DNA of 64,000 nucleotides from Thermodesulfobacteriota bacterium (GCA_028278025.1 JANQFE010000024.1:11128-75127); one strand, 5' to 3'. Positions 18,498 through 28,832 are shown, counted from the stretch's first letter. Made by a program: numbers and translations. Notes: generated by a model not told the origin, from the sequence alone.

Positions 18498-19529
18498 ATG
18501 AGAAAAGCACGCTTGGGAAGAACTAATCTTGAAGTCAGCCGCTGGGCGTTAGGCGGCATCCCGCTTTCTACTGTCATGGGCGGCAAAGATGAAGAGACAA
18601 TCAGCAGGGTCATGCACACCGCGCTTGATTACGGCATAAATTTTGTCGACACCTCACGGGTATACATGGATTCTGAGGCAAACATCGGCGAGGTCATGAA
18701 AACCAGGCGAAAAGAATGCATTATTGCCACTAAATCCCACAGCAGGCTCTATGATGAAGTCATGGCAGACCTGGAAGAAAGCCTGACCCAGCTGCAGACA
18801 GACAAGATAGAGCTTTACCAGATACATGAGCTTTACCCGGATGAGGCCGCCACAGTTATGGGCAAAGGCGGCGCCCTGGAAGCCTTTCAAAAAGCAAAAG
18901 ATCAGGGCATGATTGATTATATCGGATTGACCGGCCACCATGTAGATCTTCTCGCCGACCTGATGAAAACCGACGAGTTTGACACGGTCATGTTTCCCTT
19001 TAACGTGATTGAGCGCGAACCTGAAAAGGAGCTGCTGAACCTTGCTAAAAAAAAAGATATCGGGACCATCATAATGAAGCCCATTGCCGGCGGCGCAATC
19101 AGAAATATTGAAAAAGCGTTCCGGTTCTTCAACGGGTATCCGGTCGACACTATTCTGAATGGTGTTGCAACCCTCGAAGAACTGCGAGGCAACCTGAAAT
19201 GTGCTGAAAATAGTGTACCCCTGTCACCTGAAGAACTGGCCGACTTTGAAGCTGAGGTGGCACCGTTGGGCAAAGAGTTTTGCCGGCGCTGCAGCTACTG
19301 TATGCCCTGCCCCAATGATATCATTATTCCGGTAATGGTTCATGTCTACTGGCAGCAGATAAAAGACTGTAAGCTTGAGGACCTGTCACCCGAGAGAAAG
19401 CAAACCGGCCAGAACCTTACAATCTGGTGGCAGGCCTGCAGTGAGTGCGGTGAGTGTGAAAAAAAATGTCCCTATGATCTGCCAACAATAAAACGCAAAA
19501 ATGAATTGATGAAGATGTTTGAAGGGTAG
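18498..19529 (+). CDS. Aldo/keto reductase with a C-terminal 4Fe-4S ferredoxin-like domain
   Basis: AKR N-terminus (LGRTNLEVSRWALGG...GINFVDTSRVY); C-terminal CRRCSYCMPCP...CSECGECEKKCP cluster motifs. Confidence 0.8.
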   Translation: MRKARLGRTNLEVSRWALGGIPLSTVMGGKDEETISRVMHTALDYGINFVDTSRVYMDSEANIGEVMKTRRKECIIATKSHSRLYDEVMADLEESLTQLQTDKIELYQIHELYPDEAATVMGKGGALEAFQKAKDQGMIDYIGLTGHHVDLLADLMKTDEFDTVMFPFNVIEREPEKELLNLAKKKDIGTIIMKPIAGGAIRNIEKAFRFFNGYPVDTILNGVATLEELRGNLKCAENSVPLSPEELADFEAEVAPLGKEFCRRCSYCMPCPNDIIIPVMVHVYWQQIKDCKLEDLSPERKQTGQNLTIWWQACSECGECEKKCPYDLPTIKRKNELMKMFEG

Positions 19530-19546
19530 ACAGTCAGCCGTGAACT

Positions 19547-20182
19547 TCAGTCACTTCCTTTGTCTCTTTTGCGCAGCAAACCTGCCCAGGCCCGGGGCTG
19601 ACTCCCGGGCGGCAGTCCCAACGCCTCACGTTGTTCCTGGCTGGGCTCATCAAGCTTGGTTGCTATCAGGCATAAAATTTCAAAATAGGGCTCGGTAGCA
19701 TGGGTAATATCCCGGGCCGTGCGCCGGGGAGGACCCATCTCGGGTCCGTCACAGCTGCCGCTCACGCTCAGCCAGTGCCCGCCCGTGACCAGACACTCCG
19801 CTACAAGTCGAGCAAAACGCTCCCGCTGTGCTGCTTCATCAAACAAATGGAAACAGCCCAGGTCGAAAACAAATTCGAAATCATTGCCCGGTAGGGGTGC
19901 TTCAAAAAAATCCGCGTGGATAAATGTACATTTCTCAGCTCCACTCTTTGCACGAGCCAGTTTGAGAGCACTCTCGGACAGGTCTGTTGCGGTCACCTCA
20001 AAGCCCTGGTCGGCCAACCAGATGGCGTTTGATCCAGTACCGCAGCCCACATCCAAGGCCTTGCAGGGCCGTATAGGAGTTTCCCTGACCACCCGCACCA
20101 AGTGGCTGTCTGCCCCGCCGGTATCCCACGGCATAAAATCATCACGGTAGAGTTGTTCCCAGTCAGTCTTATTTTCACTCAT
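19547..20182 (-). CDS. Class I SAM-dependent methyltransferase (TPMT-like)
   Basis: Motif I LDVGCGTGSNAIWLADQGFEVTATDLS; ATG at 20182 (the track start is a TTG). Confidence 0.7.
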   Translation of the reverse strand: MSENKTDWEQLYRDDFMPWDTGGADSHLVRVVRETPIRPCKALDVGCGTGSNAIWLADQGFEVTATDLSESALKLARAKSGAEKCTFIHADFFEAPLPGNDFEFVFDLGCFHLFDEAAQRERFARLVAECLVTGGHWLSVSGSCDGPEMGPPRRTARDITHATEPYFEILCLIATKLDEPSQEQREALGLPPGSQPRAWAGLLRKRDKGSD

Positions 20183-20268
20183 ATGTATTGTCTCGTGGGG
20201 GCGGGAATGACAAAGCAATTAAATTTGTATATTTTTTTCTCAGCCCTCATGACTGATTAGTATTATTA

Positions 20269-20360
20269 GACCGGATTAATTGGATAAACAGGATTTTGTT
20301 TTCAACATGGCAGAAGCCATATTGAAAAATCATGTCAATCCCGTATATCCTGTCAAAAAT
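20269..20360. repeat. Palindromic MITE/REP-like element, full copy (family A, subtype 1)
   Basis: gaccggattaat...gataaacaggat.ttgttttcaa.atggc...gccatattgaaaaatcatgtcaatcccgtatatcctgtcaaaaat; the termini are inverted repeats (accggattaacatgat / atcatgtcaatccggt); ~90% identical to 40132..40222. Confidence 0.7.
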
Positions 20361-20432
20361 ATCCAGCTCCCAATAGTTGTTTTGTAGTCACTACTACATA
20401 TGTCAGCATCTCTTTGCAACCTTACACGTGCT

Positions 20433-21362
20433 CTAACTCTCCAGCCCGCGTTTGATATCAGCGATGTCAATGTCAAGCAGGCAGGCAATTGCAGCAGAGC
20501 CTAAAACTGTCTGCAGCGTACAATCTTCGGGCAGTGTCATTGTAATATCCACAGTCTTTTTCCTGACCTTCAGGGTAAAGGTGGTGCGGCCGTCTTTTTG
20601 CCGGCGGACATTTTCGGCACATATATCCCCTTTCTTAAGGCCAAAGGTCAGCACACGGGCTTTGGTCACTTTTTTCAGCCCTGCCGATTGGGGATTATCG
20701 CTGTTCAGTATGGCGGTGTTGTTTTTATGCAGGTTTCTCAGAAGCTCGGCCTGCTCTTTACGGTCCTGCTTTTGAGTTCCGGTAATAAGAACCGCGGTGG
20801 GTTCACAGATGTCCGCGAGACGTTTAAGCTCACCGGGCTGATCCATTTCCAGGGCAAACAGCACAGCCTCATGTTCAGCATTTAACTTCATGAGTGTCAA
20901 GGGCAGTTCCTGCAGCCTGTTGCCGCTTAGCGGATTGGTAAGCACCCGGCGGTGCTCCCCGATAATTGAGTCTGCAATGCGGCCTGTTTCTGACACTCCA
21001 CTGCTTCCCGTGACAATCAAAAGCTCGGGGGTGAATTTATAGCGCCACAGGCTGGCAAGATTACCCAGGGCCGTCAGGGTATCATCCACTTCTATCAGGA
21101 TTTTACGTTTATATTTTTTCTGCAGGCCCGCGAGCACTCCGCTGTCACTGCCGACAAGGGTTGCCACCGCACCCTTGCTGAGGGCATCTTCTATAAAACG
21201 GTGTCCGTCCCTTCGGGTTCCTTTAAGCGGTACAAAGAGGCAGTTGGACGTTGTCTTGCGTGAATCAATACAGACAGACTCGATCATGGTCAGCCCAATC
21301 CCGCCGGCAAAGCGTCCTCCGGTAGCCTTTATGATTTCATTGGGTATTATTCTGATATGCAT
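20433..21362 (-). CDS. Mur ligase family protein (MurF-like N-terminal and central domains; P-loop lysine missing, C-terminal domain absent)
   Basis: IDSRKTTSNCLFVPLKGTRRDGHRFIEDA aligns with the MurF N-domain. The P-loop position reads VTGSSGVSETG rather than TGSxGKT, and the 309-aa protein lacks the C-terminal Mur ligase domain. Confidence 0.5.
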   Translation of the reverse strand: MHIRIIPNEIIKATGGRFAGGIGLTMIESVCIDSRKTTSNCLFVPLKGTRRDGHRFIEDALSKGAVATLVGSDSGVLAGLQKKYKRKILIEVDDTLTALGNLASLWRYKFTPELLIVTGSSGVSETGRIADSIIGEHRRVLTNPLSGNRLQELPLTLMKLNAEHEAVLFALEMDQPGELKRLADICEPTAVLITGTQKQDRKEQAELLRNLHKNNTAILNSDNPQSAGLKKVTKARVLTFGLKKGDICAENVRRQKDGRTTFTLKVRKKTVDITMTLPEDCTLQTVLGSAAIACLLDIDIADIKRGLES

Positions 21363-21529
21363 GCGTATCCTGTTACTATATTTACCGTTCAGTTGATTGT
21401 ATGAGGATTGCTGAATATTTGCAATATTTAATTAGGTCATGGTGTGAACTGTAATTCGTAATTCGTGATTAGCAGGTAAAAAACTGAGAACATAGTAAAA
21501 CACCAGTGAAGAAAGAACGCTTATCAACT

Positions 21530-21880
21530 CTATTCAAACTCTTTCGGAACAGCACAGATCATGACCAGAGGCTCAGAGTCTGATGTGTTGCGGTACCGGT
21601 GTTTTTCGTGGGGCAGCACCAGCACGAAGTCTCCCTTATGAATATTCTTCTCCTGGCCGCTTTCCATGACCAGGGCGCCATTACCCTCTATAACATAATT
21701 CAGGTGTTCAAAGGGATGAACATGATAGGGTGTATGACCATGGGGCTCAATGGTAAAAACACGAAAAGAAAACAGCGGAGAGCCGTCACCGCCCCCCAGG
21801 GGCACCTGTTTCCAGACATTTCGGGCCCCCTCCATTGCGACTGCTTTCTTTTCAGCTTCTGCCAGGCTGATTACCTTCAT
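21530..21880 (-). CDS. Cupin domain protein
   Basis: HGHTPYHVHPFEHLNYVIEGNG...HRYRN: the two cupin His motifs; AAGGAG ribosome-binding site. Confidence 0.75.
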   Translation of the reverse strand: MKVISLAEAEKKAVAMEGARNVWKQVPLGGGDGSPLFSFRVFTIEPHGHTPYHVHPFEHLNYVIEGNGALVMESGQEKNIHKGDFVLVLPHEKHRYRNTSDSEPLVMICAVPKEFE

Positions 21881-22166
21881 AGTATAGTCTCCTTAAAAAT
21901 AATCCTGCAGGTAGTATTGTACTGCTCTTACATGTACCATAGCAGCTGTGGCCCTGCAAGTAAGGCTTTTTCCATCTGGTAATTTTATTCGCCCATAGGA
22001 GAAAATTTAATATGCTCCCCCAAAGGGGATCTTAAAAAATATTGTCACTATTTATAGAAAAAATACTTACAAAGGGATTGAAATTTATGTGTCAATGTAT
22101 TACTACAAAACTAACCTGGTTTAGTAAACACTAGAACTGCAAACCGGTATTTTCTGTGAAAAATCC

Positions 22167-23912
22167 ATGAGCAATAAGATCATTTATTCCAAACAGCAGG
22201 AAGATTTCGATTACATAGCGGTTAATATCCCCTGTCAGCATGCCTGTCCGGTCAATACCAATATTCCTGCCTATATCCGGGCCCTGTTTGAATCTCACCA
22301 CAGCTCATCATATGCTATCAACGCTATGGCAAATATTTTCCCGGGCGTGCTGGGTAGAATATGTTCACGGCCCTGTGAAGATATGTGCCGCCATGGCGAA
22401 AAAGAACTGGGTAACCCGGTCAACATCTGTCATATCAAACGTGCTGCAGCAGATCTGAATAAAACTCCCGCAGAACCGCTAAAACCGCTTCCGCCCTGCG
22501 GTAAAAAAGTTGCCGTTATAGGGGCCGGACCTGCCGGACTGGCGGCTGCCCATGATCTGGCCCTGGCGGGTATTGACGTAACCGTCTTTGAGTCCTTTGA
22601 CAAACCGGGCGGCATGCTCAGGTACGGTATCCCCCGGTTCAGACTGCCCCGTACTATCCTTGAAAAAGAGATTAACAGAATTTTGAAACTTGGTATCATC
22701 TTGAAAACAGGCGTTCACATCGGAGACACGCTAAGCCTTACGAGCCTGCTGGAAAACCACGACTGCGTTCTGGTGGCAGCCGGCTGCTACACGGCCAACC
22801 AGCTTAATACAGATGGTGAAGACCTTAAGGGAGTTTTTTCAGGACTTGATTTTATGATTGATGTCTGCTCAGGCCGAAAGCCTGCGGTAGGCAAAAGAGT
22901 GCTGGTTGCAGGCGCGGGCTTTACGGCGTTTGACTGTGCCCGTTCAGCCCTGCGGCTGGGTGCTGAAGAAGTCACCATCTGCCTGCGGCGCACAGAGGAG
23001 GACCTGACCGTCACCGCGGATGAAATTTTTCAGACAAAACTGGAAGGCGTTAAATTTAATGCACTCATGCTGTCGCGCCGTATCCTTGGCACACAAAAAG
23101 TTGAAGCAGTTGAGTTTGTACGCACCAGGTCCGGTGTCCTGCGTCCGGACGGCAAACGCGAAATCTCTGAAATTAAAGGCAGTGAATTTGTTTTGCCGGC
23201 CGACAGTCTGATTGTGGCTACAGGGCAGACTCCGCTGGAGCTGACAACCGGTGACGGAAAACTTGCCGTTACGGATACAGCCTCCTTTACAACAAGCATG
23301 TCGGGAGTATATGCAACCGGCGATTATCTTTCCGGCCCCTCAACAGTGATTGAGGCCATCTCTATGGGAAGAAAGGCTGCTGAGGTTATTGCCCGTCGCC
23401 TGACCGGTAAAAAATACCGTAAAAAAGTTGTACGTATGCAAGAAACACAGGTTACGGATCGCTTGCGGGCCTGGGATTTTGTGCCCAGGCAGGCAATGCC
23501 TGCCATACAAGGCACAACTGCCCGCCTTAAAAGCTGGGCAGTTGAGGTGGAAACAGGCTTTACGGCACAACAGGCTGCCGAAGAATCAAAACGCTGTTAC
23601 CTGTGCTATCTTCATTATGAAATAGACATTGACCGCTGTATTTACTGCCGCTACTGCATTGATGTTGCGCCACGAGACTGTATAAAACTGGTTGACCGCA
23701 TAGAAACCAATGAGCACGGGGCAGTCACCGGTCTGCATGAAACTTCCGTGTGGAAAGATGTTAATGCTGTTGTTATAGACAATGCCCGCTGCATTCGCTG
23801 CGGTGAGTGCCTGCGGGTCTGTCCGGTAGACTGTATCTCCGTCACCAGGGTAGAGCTGATGGAACAGGGACCCCCTTCTGATTCTTCGATAGCGGAGCAT
23901 AAAAATGCGTGA
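22167..23912 (+). CDS. NAD(P)H-dependent FAD oxidoreductase, glutamate-synthase small-subunit-like, with a C-terminal 2x[4Fe-4S] ferredoxin domain
   Basis: N-terminal Fe-S Cys motif (CQHACPVNT...), Rossmann GAGPAGLAAAHDLA, second NAD site VLVAGAGFTAFDCA; C-terminal CIYCRYCIDVAP...CIRCGECLRVCP. Confidence 0.8.
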   Translation: MSNKIIYSKQQEDFDYIAVNIPCQHACPVNTNIPAYIRALFESHHSSSYAINAMANIFPGVLGRICSRPCEDMCRHGEKELGNPVNICHIKRAAADLNKTPAEPLKPLPPCGKKVAVIGAGPAGLAAAHDLALAGIDVTVFESFDKPGGMLRYGIPRFRLPRTILEKEINRILKLGIILKTGVHIGDTLSLTSLLENHDCVLVAAGCYTANQLNTDGEDLKGVFSGLDFMIDVCSGRKPAVGKRVLVAGAGFTAFDCARSALRLGAEEVTICLRRTEEDLTVTADEIFQTKLEGVKFNALMLSRRILGTQKVEAVEFVRTRSGVLRPDGKREISEIKGSEFVLPADSLIVATGQTPLELTTGDGKLAVTDTASFTTSMSGVYATGDYLSGPSTVIEAISMGRKAAEVIARRLTGKKYRKKVVRMQETQVTDRLRAWDFVPRQAMPAIQGTTARLKSWAVEVETGFTAQQAAEESKRCYLCYLHYEIDIDRCIYCRYCIDVAPRDCIKLVDRIETNEHGAVTGLHETSVWKDVNAVVIDNARCIRCGECLRVCPVDCISVTRVELMEQGPPSDSSIAEHKNA

Positions 23913-24921
23913 GGATCATTTCATTGTGATTGGTAATGGGCCGGCCGGCAGTCAGGCGGCCTTCACACTGAAGGAAAAAGCTCCTGAAGCCCGCGTGACC
24001 ATTGTTACAAAAGAGCGTGAAGGCTGCTGTCATTCGCATTTGCTGCCCGGATTTCTGGCCGGCAGCATTTCTGAAAAAAAAGTGTTTGCCATTTCTCTTG
24101 ATCACTACACGAAAAGCGGCATTAAACTGCGCACTGGCCAGAGTGTTGTTGATGTAAATCCTCAGCGCAAAGAAATACTGCTGGAGCACAAGGAGACTAT
24201 ATCCTACAGCGGTCTTATTATTGCCGTGGGCGGACGACCGTACATTCCCGAGCCGCTGCTTGCATACCGGGAGCACCTGTGCACTCTGAAAACCTTTCAG
24301 GATACCGGAACATGGCGACAGCTGCTGCCCGCGGCTGACTCCATTTTGATTATGGGTGGTGATTTAACCTCCCTGGCAGTTACAAAATCCCTGCTTGCGC
24401 TCAAGAAAAAAATCTATTTTATGCTCACCGGGGAAGCTTTCTGGCCGCTGCGATTTGACAAAGCCCTCCAGGAGGAGGTCTCCGGCAAACTCACCAAAAG
24501 AGGTGTAACGGTCCTGGCCGGCAACAAACTGGTTGGTATTGAGCCTGTCCGTAGTGGTTCCTGCCGCGTTTATGTGGATGGTCAGAAAATAAAAGTTGAT
24601 ATGATCGGGGCGTTTTTCGGCCTGGTGCCGGATATCGGGTTCCTGAGGCGCAGCGGCCTGCAGCTTGACCGGGGTGTGCTGGTAGATGAATATCTTTGCA
24701 GCAGTCATGAGGGTATTTGTGCTGCCGGTGATTGTGCCCAAATTTATCACCCTGAAATAAAGGATTACTGGGTTTCAATTGGAACAAAAAATGCCCGCTC
24801 ACTCGGAAAGATCGCTGCGGTAAACCTTGCAGGAGGTAGAAAAAAAACGCGCGTAGACCGTGAACGAATTTTTGATATCCAGGGTGTCAAGGTAAACACC
24901 TCGTGGTGGATGGAGTTTTAA
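23905..24921 (+). CDS. FAD-dependent pyridine nucleotide-disulfide oxidoreductase family protein
   Basis: FIVIGNGPAGSQAA (FAD), CAAGDCAQ motif; 8-nt overlap with the upstream gene. Confidence 0.7.
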   Translation: MREDHFIVIGNGPAGSQAAFTLKEKAPEARVTIVTKEREGCCHSHLLPGFLAGSISEKKVFAISLDHYTKSGIKLRTGQSVVDVNPQRKEILLEHKETISYSGLIIAVGGRPYIPEPLLAYREHLCTLKTFQDTGTWRQLLPAADSILIMGGDLTSLAVTKSLLALKKKIYFMLTGEAFWPLRFDKALQEEVSGKLTKRGVTVLAGNKLVGIEPVRSGSCRVYVDGQKIKVDMIGAFFGLVPDIGFLRRSGLQLDRGVLVDEYLCSSHEGICAAGDCAQIYHPEIKDYWVSIGTKNARSLGKIAAVNLAGGRKKTRVDRERIFDIQGVKVNTSWWMEF

Positions 24922-24922
24922 G

Positions 24923-26698
24923 ATGCCCGGAGTTGATCTTACTATTGAAATATGCGGGATGTCCGGTGACGGCACCATTGCGGCAGGCACTCTTTTAAAT
25001 GAAGCCCTGTCAGGTGCCGGTTTTTCTATTATCGGTTTCGACTCCTATCCGGCTGAAATAAGGGGATTCGGCCGTTGTGTAACCAGGTCCCGTTTTGGCA
25101 CAAGCAGGATGCTGGCCCTAAGCGATCATACCCATGTCCTGATATCCCTTGACGATCAGCAGGCCATATCTCGAATCAGCATGCTGGGTAAAAACGCGAA
25201 AGTGCTGTTTGACAATAAACCCGCAGGTACTGTGCAGGAGGGAATGTCAATCGCGGCTCACACAGCACCCGATGCTGATCTGTACGGCATGCCCTTCACC
25301 GATCTTGCCTCAGAGGCCGCCGGAACAACCCGGGGCAAAAACCTTGCAGCGCTGGGTTGTTTTACAGGACTGGCTGGCATTGATCCCCGGTTTTTTTATA
25401 CTGTTATTGAAAAAAAATTCAGGGCCAAAGGCGAAACGGTTCTCAATGCCAATCTGAACAGTTTTAATGCCGGACTTACCTATGCGCACACACACTTTGA
25501 AGATGCTCCCCTGGTTATCACTGCTCCTGCTCCCGAAAAGAAAAAAGTCCAGCGGATCATGCTGTCCGGTAATGCTGCAATTGCGCGGGGAGCGCTGGAT
25601 GCAGGACTTGCTCTCTATTTCGGCTACCCCATAACACCGGCTACACCTATCATGGAATATCTTGCCAAAACCCTCCCGCAAAAAGGAGGCAAGGTTGTTC
25701 AGATGGAGGATGAAATTTCTTCCATTGGTGCGGTTCTGGGTTCTTTTTATGCGGGCAAACGGGCCATGACTGCCACTTCCGGTCCCGGACTGGCGCTTAT
25801 GGCAGAAATGATATCACTGGGGGTAATGAGTGAAACACCTGCAGTAATTGTAGACGCCCAGAGGGGTGGACCATCCACAGGACTGCCCACTAAAACAGAA
25901 CAGTCCGATCTGCATGCAGCCGTTTTTGGCGGCCCCGGTGATTCACCCCGGATAGTTATCGCCCCGACGGATGTAGCTGAATGTTATCAGTTTACCCTTA
26001 AAAGTTTTGAGCTTGCTGAAAAATATCAAACACCGGTCATAGTACTGACTGATTTCTTCCTGGACAACCGGGTTGAAAATGTTGCCGCAGCGGATATATC
26101 AGGCAAAAAACGAGTTGACGGCAATATCTATCCCCCCAAAAAAGAACAGGGGCGCTACCAGCGCTACCTGGTTACACCGTCCGGGATATCACCCCGTGCG
26201 CTTCCCGGTTCTGAAGGCTATATTTATCCCGCAACAGGCCTTGAGCACACTGAAGCCGGGCTGCCCGACTATTCTGAGCCGGTTCACATGCAGATGAATG
26301 CCAAACGCCATACAAAAATCCGTCAGGCCCTTGCAGACCTGCCACCACCAAAGGAGTTTTCGCAAAAAGGTCCACTTGATCTTGGCGTTATTGCCTGGGG
26401 TTCAAGCTTTGGAGCAGCCCTGGAAGCGGTCTTAAAGGCCCGCAAAAAAGGGCTGGCTGTCGGTGCGCTCAAGGTTATCTCTCTGTTTCCCTATCATGAA
26501 GAACAGATCAGGCAGTTCATGTCACGCTGTCGCCGGGTGTTGATTCCTGAACTGAATTTTCAGGGGCAGCTTGCTAACCTGATCGGTCATCTGCACCACG
26601 GTGACGTGGTGCGCTTCAACAGGACAACCGGCACGCCGCTGCTGCCATCGGAAATACTACTAAAGATTCAGGAACTGCTGCAAAAGGATAATACATGA
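24923..26698 (+). CDS. korA: 2-oxoacid:ferredoxin oxidoreductase, fused gamma-alpha subunit (KorA-like)
   Basis: N-terminal gamma domain; alpha-domain motifs GNAAIARGALDAGLALYFGYPITPAT...TSGPGLALMAE...VDAQRGGPSTGLPTKTEQSDL. Confidence 0.85.
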   Translation: MPGVDLTIEICGMSGDGTIAAGTLLNEALSGAGFSIIGFDSYPAEIRGFGRCVTRSRFGTSRMLALSDHTHVLISLDDQQAISRISMLGKNAKVLFDNKPAGTVQEGMSIAAHTAPDADLYGMPFTDLASEAAGTTRGKNLAALGCFTGLAGIDPRFFYTVIEKKFRAKGETVLNANLNSFNAGLTYAHTHFEDAPLVITAPAPEKKKVQRIMLSGNAAIARGALDAGLALYFGYPITPATPIMEYLAKTLPQKGGKVVQMEDEISSIGAVLGSFYAGKRAMTATSGPGLALMAEMISLGVMSETPAVIVDAQRGGPSTGLPTKTEQSDLHAAVFGGPGDSPRIVIAPTDVAECYQFTLKSFELAEKYQTPVIVLTDFFLDNRVENVAAADISGKKRVDGNIYPPKKEQGRYQRYLVTPSGISPRALPGSEGYIYPATGLEHTEAGLPDYSEPVHMQMNAKRHTKIRQALADLPPPKEFSQKGPLDLGVIAWGSSFGAALEAVLKARKKGLAVGALKVISLFPYHEEQIRQFMSRCRRVLIPELNFQGQLANLIGHLHHGDVVRFNRTTGTPLLPSEILLKIQELLQKDNT

Positions 26699-27492
26699 AA
26701 ACATCAGGTCGTATTCTGGCGCAAAAGGTACAGGACATTCAAACATCGGGCAGGCTTTCGATTCGTTCCGCCAGCCTGCCCACTTGGTGTCCGGGCTGCG
26801 GCTATTTTGGAATCCATCAGGGCTTAAACAATGCCATCCAGCAGCTGAGTCTGCCCCACCACAGCATTGTCACGGTTACCGGAATCGGCTGTGCCGGCCG
26901 CTATGCGTTTTTTAACAATACCTACAGTTTTCATGTTACTCACGGCAGGACTCTGCCGGTGGCCACCGGTGTGAAGCTGGCTAATCCGGCCCTGACGGTG
27001 TTTGCAATCGGCGGCGACGGCGACGGCCTGGCAATCGGCGGCGGGCATCTGCCCCATATGGCGCGCCGTAATATCAATGTAAACTACCTGCTCTTTGATA
27101 ATTCCATGTACGGCCTTACCAAAGGCCAGCCCTCACCCAGTTCACCGGTTGGAACCAAAACGAAGGTATCCCCTGCCGGTACATTCGAAATGCCCCTGAA
27201 TGCCAGCCTGTTGGGCCTTTCCTACGGTACAACCTTTGCGGCACGGCTTTTCGCAGGAGACCCTGAAAGCATCACACAAGCCCTTATTGAAGGCATTCGG
27301 CATGAAGGATTTTCTTTCTTTCACATTTACACCACCTGCCTGACCTTTGACAAAGAGAATAAAACCTGGGAACATCTCAAAGAACGGGTCCACCCCTTGC
27401 CACAAAAATATGACTGTTCCAATCTGAGCAAAGCCATGGCCCATATCCTTGAGGATGATTTCAGCACGGGCGTTATTTACAAAAAAAGTTGA
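26695..27492 (+). CDS. korB: 2-oxoacid:ferredoxin oxidoreductase beta subunit (TPP-binding)
   Basis: WCPGCGYFGI...GIGCAGRY...GGDGDGLAIGGGHL...LLFDNSMYGLTKGQ; 4-nt overlap with korA. Confidence 0.85.
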   Translation: MKTSGRILAQKVQDIQTSGRLSIRSASLPTWCPGCGYFGIHQGLNNAIQQLSLPHHSIVTVTGIGCAGRYAFFNNTYSFHVTHGRTLPVATGVKLANPALTVFAIGGDGDGLAIGGGHLPHMARRNINVNYLLFDNSMYGLTKGQPSPSSPVGTKTKVSPAGTFEMPLNASLLGLSYGTTFAARLFAGDPESITQALIEGIRHEGFSFFHIYTTCLTFDKENKTWEHLKERVHPLPQKYDCSNLSKAMAHILEDDFSTGVIYKKS

Positions 27493-27542
27493 TTAATTAT
27501 CTACGCCATAGGGTTAAGTTTTAGGGAGCTCCCAAAGGGGAG

Positions 27543-27580
27543 ATTTACTTTTCTTTGGAGCAAGCAAAGAAAAGTAAATT
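27543..27580. terminator. Bidirectional terminator hairpin between convergent korB and the GAF kinase (member of a hairpin repeat family)
   Basis: 15-bp perfect stem aatttacttttctttg-gagcaagc-caaagaaaagtaaatt with T-runs on both sides. Confidence 0.55.
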
Positions 27581-27581
27581 T

Positions 27582-28832
27582 TTATGATGAAGGCTGTTCT
27601 GTGTGAAGGGGTAACCTGACGGTAAAGACCGAACCCTCATTTTCGCGGCTCTGCAATTCCAGTTCCCCACCGAACCGCTCAACTATCTGTTTTACAGAGG
27701 AAAGCCCTACACCGGTTCCCAGTATACGGTTTTTCTTGGCATTAGAGGCACGATAGAATTCCCGGAAGAGTTTCGGGATTTCGTCTTCGGGGATGCCCAT
27801 CCCTGTATCGGCGACCGTGAACAGTGCCCAGGGATCGCTACGCTGCAGGGTGACGGTAACCGAGCCTTCCTGGGTATATTTTACAGCATTGGATACCAGG
27901 TTTGATATAATCAGGTTCAAGCCTTTGGAGTCAAAACGTACCGGGACAGGCTGCTCCGGAAGCTCTACATTCATTATAAGTTTTTTATTTTCAGCCTGGT
28001 CACGGTACAGGTTGCAAACATTTATAGTCTCATTGGCAACATCAAGCACGCTAACATCTCCCAGAGGGCTGCCCGATTTGACCCTGGACAGTTCCAGGAT
28101 ATCCTTAATCAGATCAAGCAGCTGGCTCATGCGGGAACCGATTTTTGATGTTATAGCAAGGATATCGGGATCACCGGAGCGATCCATCTCAAGCACATCT
28201 ATCATCATCTTGGAGGCTGATACCGGGGACTTAAGCTCATGCACCATGATCTTCATAAATTCTGCCTTTTCCTGATCAAGCCGCTTGAGCGTGGAAATAT
28301 CGTGCAGCATGCGGGCATGGTAAAGCGTGTAGCCCACCAGCCGAGAAACACTCTGCAGCGGGAGAAGGTCTGATTCCTGAAACGGCGCCCCTTTGCTGTT
28401 CATAACCTGCGCAACCCCGATAAGCTCACCTTTAAAAAGAGCCGGTGCGCACATAACATCACGGGTCCGAAAACTGTTGTGCTCATCCCATGTCTTGTCA
28501 AACCGGATCTGCGGGTCAATGCCGCTCAGGTCACCATAGGCATCCTCAACCACAAAAGAACGGCCCGTGAGAGCACAGTACCCGGCCAGGGAGGCACGGC
28601 TGATGGGGATGCGGATACTGCGGGTAACATTACCGATGGTGGCGGCCGATTCCAGCTCCTGGGTTTCCCGGTTAACCAGGTACATAGTGGTGCGTTCTGC
28701 ATTAAGCGCCTGGCACACCACCTCGGCTGCTTCTCTGAGAACTTCAGGCAGCTCATCATCGCTTATCATGCGGTCATACAGGGTAAAAAAACGTTCATTG
28801 ACTATAAGACTGTTTTTTAGCATTTCGGTCAT
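27582..28832 (-). CDS. GAF-domain sensor histidine kinase
   Basis: GAF region (residues ~30-180), HisKA H-box HELKSPVSA, HATPase N/G boxes (LISNLVSNAVKYT...DTGMGIPE...GTGVGLS); GAGGAA ribosome-binding site. Confidence 0.85.
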   Translation of the reverse strand: MTEMLKNSLIVNERFFTLYDRMISDDELPEVLREAAEVVCQALNAERTTMYLVNRETQELESAATIGNVTRSIRIPISRASLAGYCALTGRSFVVEDAYGDLSGIDPQIRFDKTWDEHNSFRTRDVMCAPALFKGELIGVAQVMNSKGAPFQESDLLPLQSVSRLVGYTLYHARMLHDISTLKRLDQEKAEFMKIMVHELKSPVSASKMMIDVLEMDRSGDPDILAITSKIGSRMSQLLDLIKDILELSRVKSGSPLGDVSVLDVANETINVCNLYRDQAENKKLIMNVELPEQPVPVRFDSKGLNLIISNLVSNAVKYTQEGSVTVTLQRSDPWALFTVADTGMGIPEDEIPKLFREFYRASNAKKNRILGTGVGLSSVKQIVERFGGELELQSRENEGSVFTVRLPLHTEQPSS

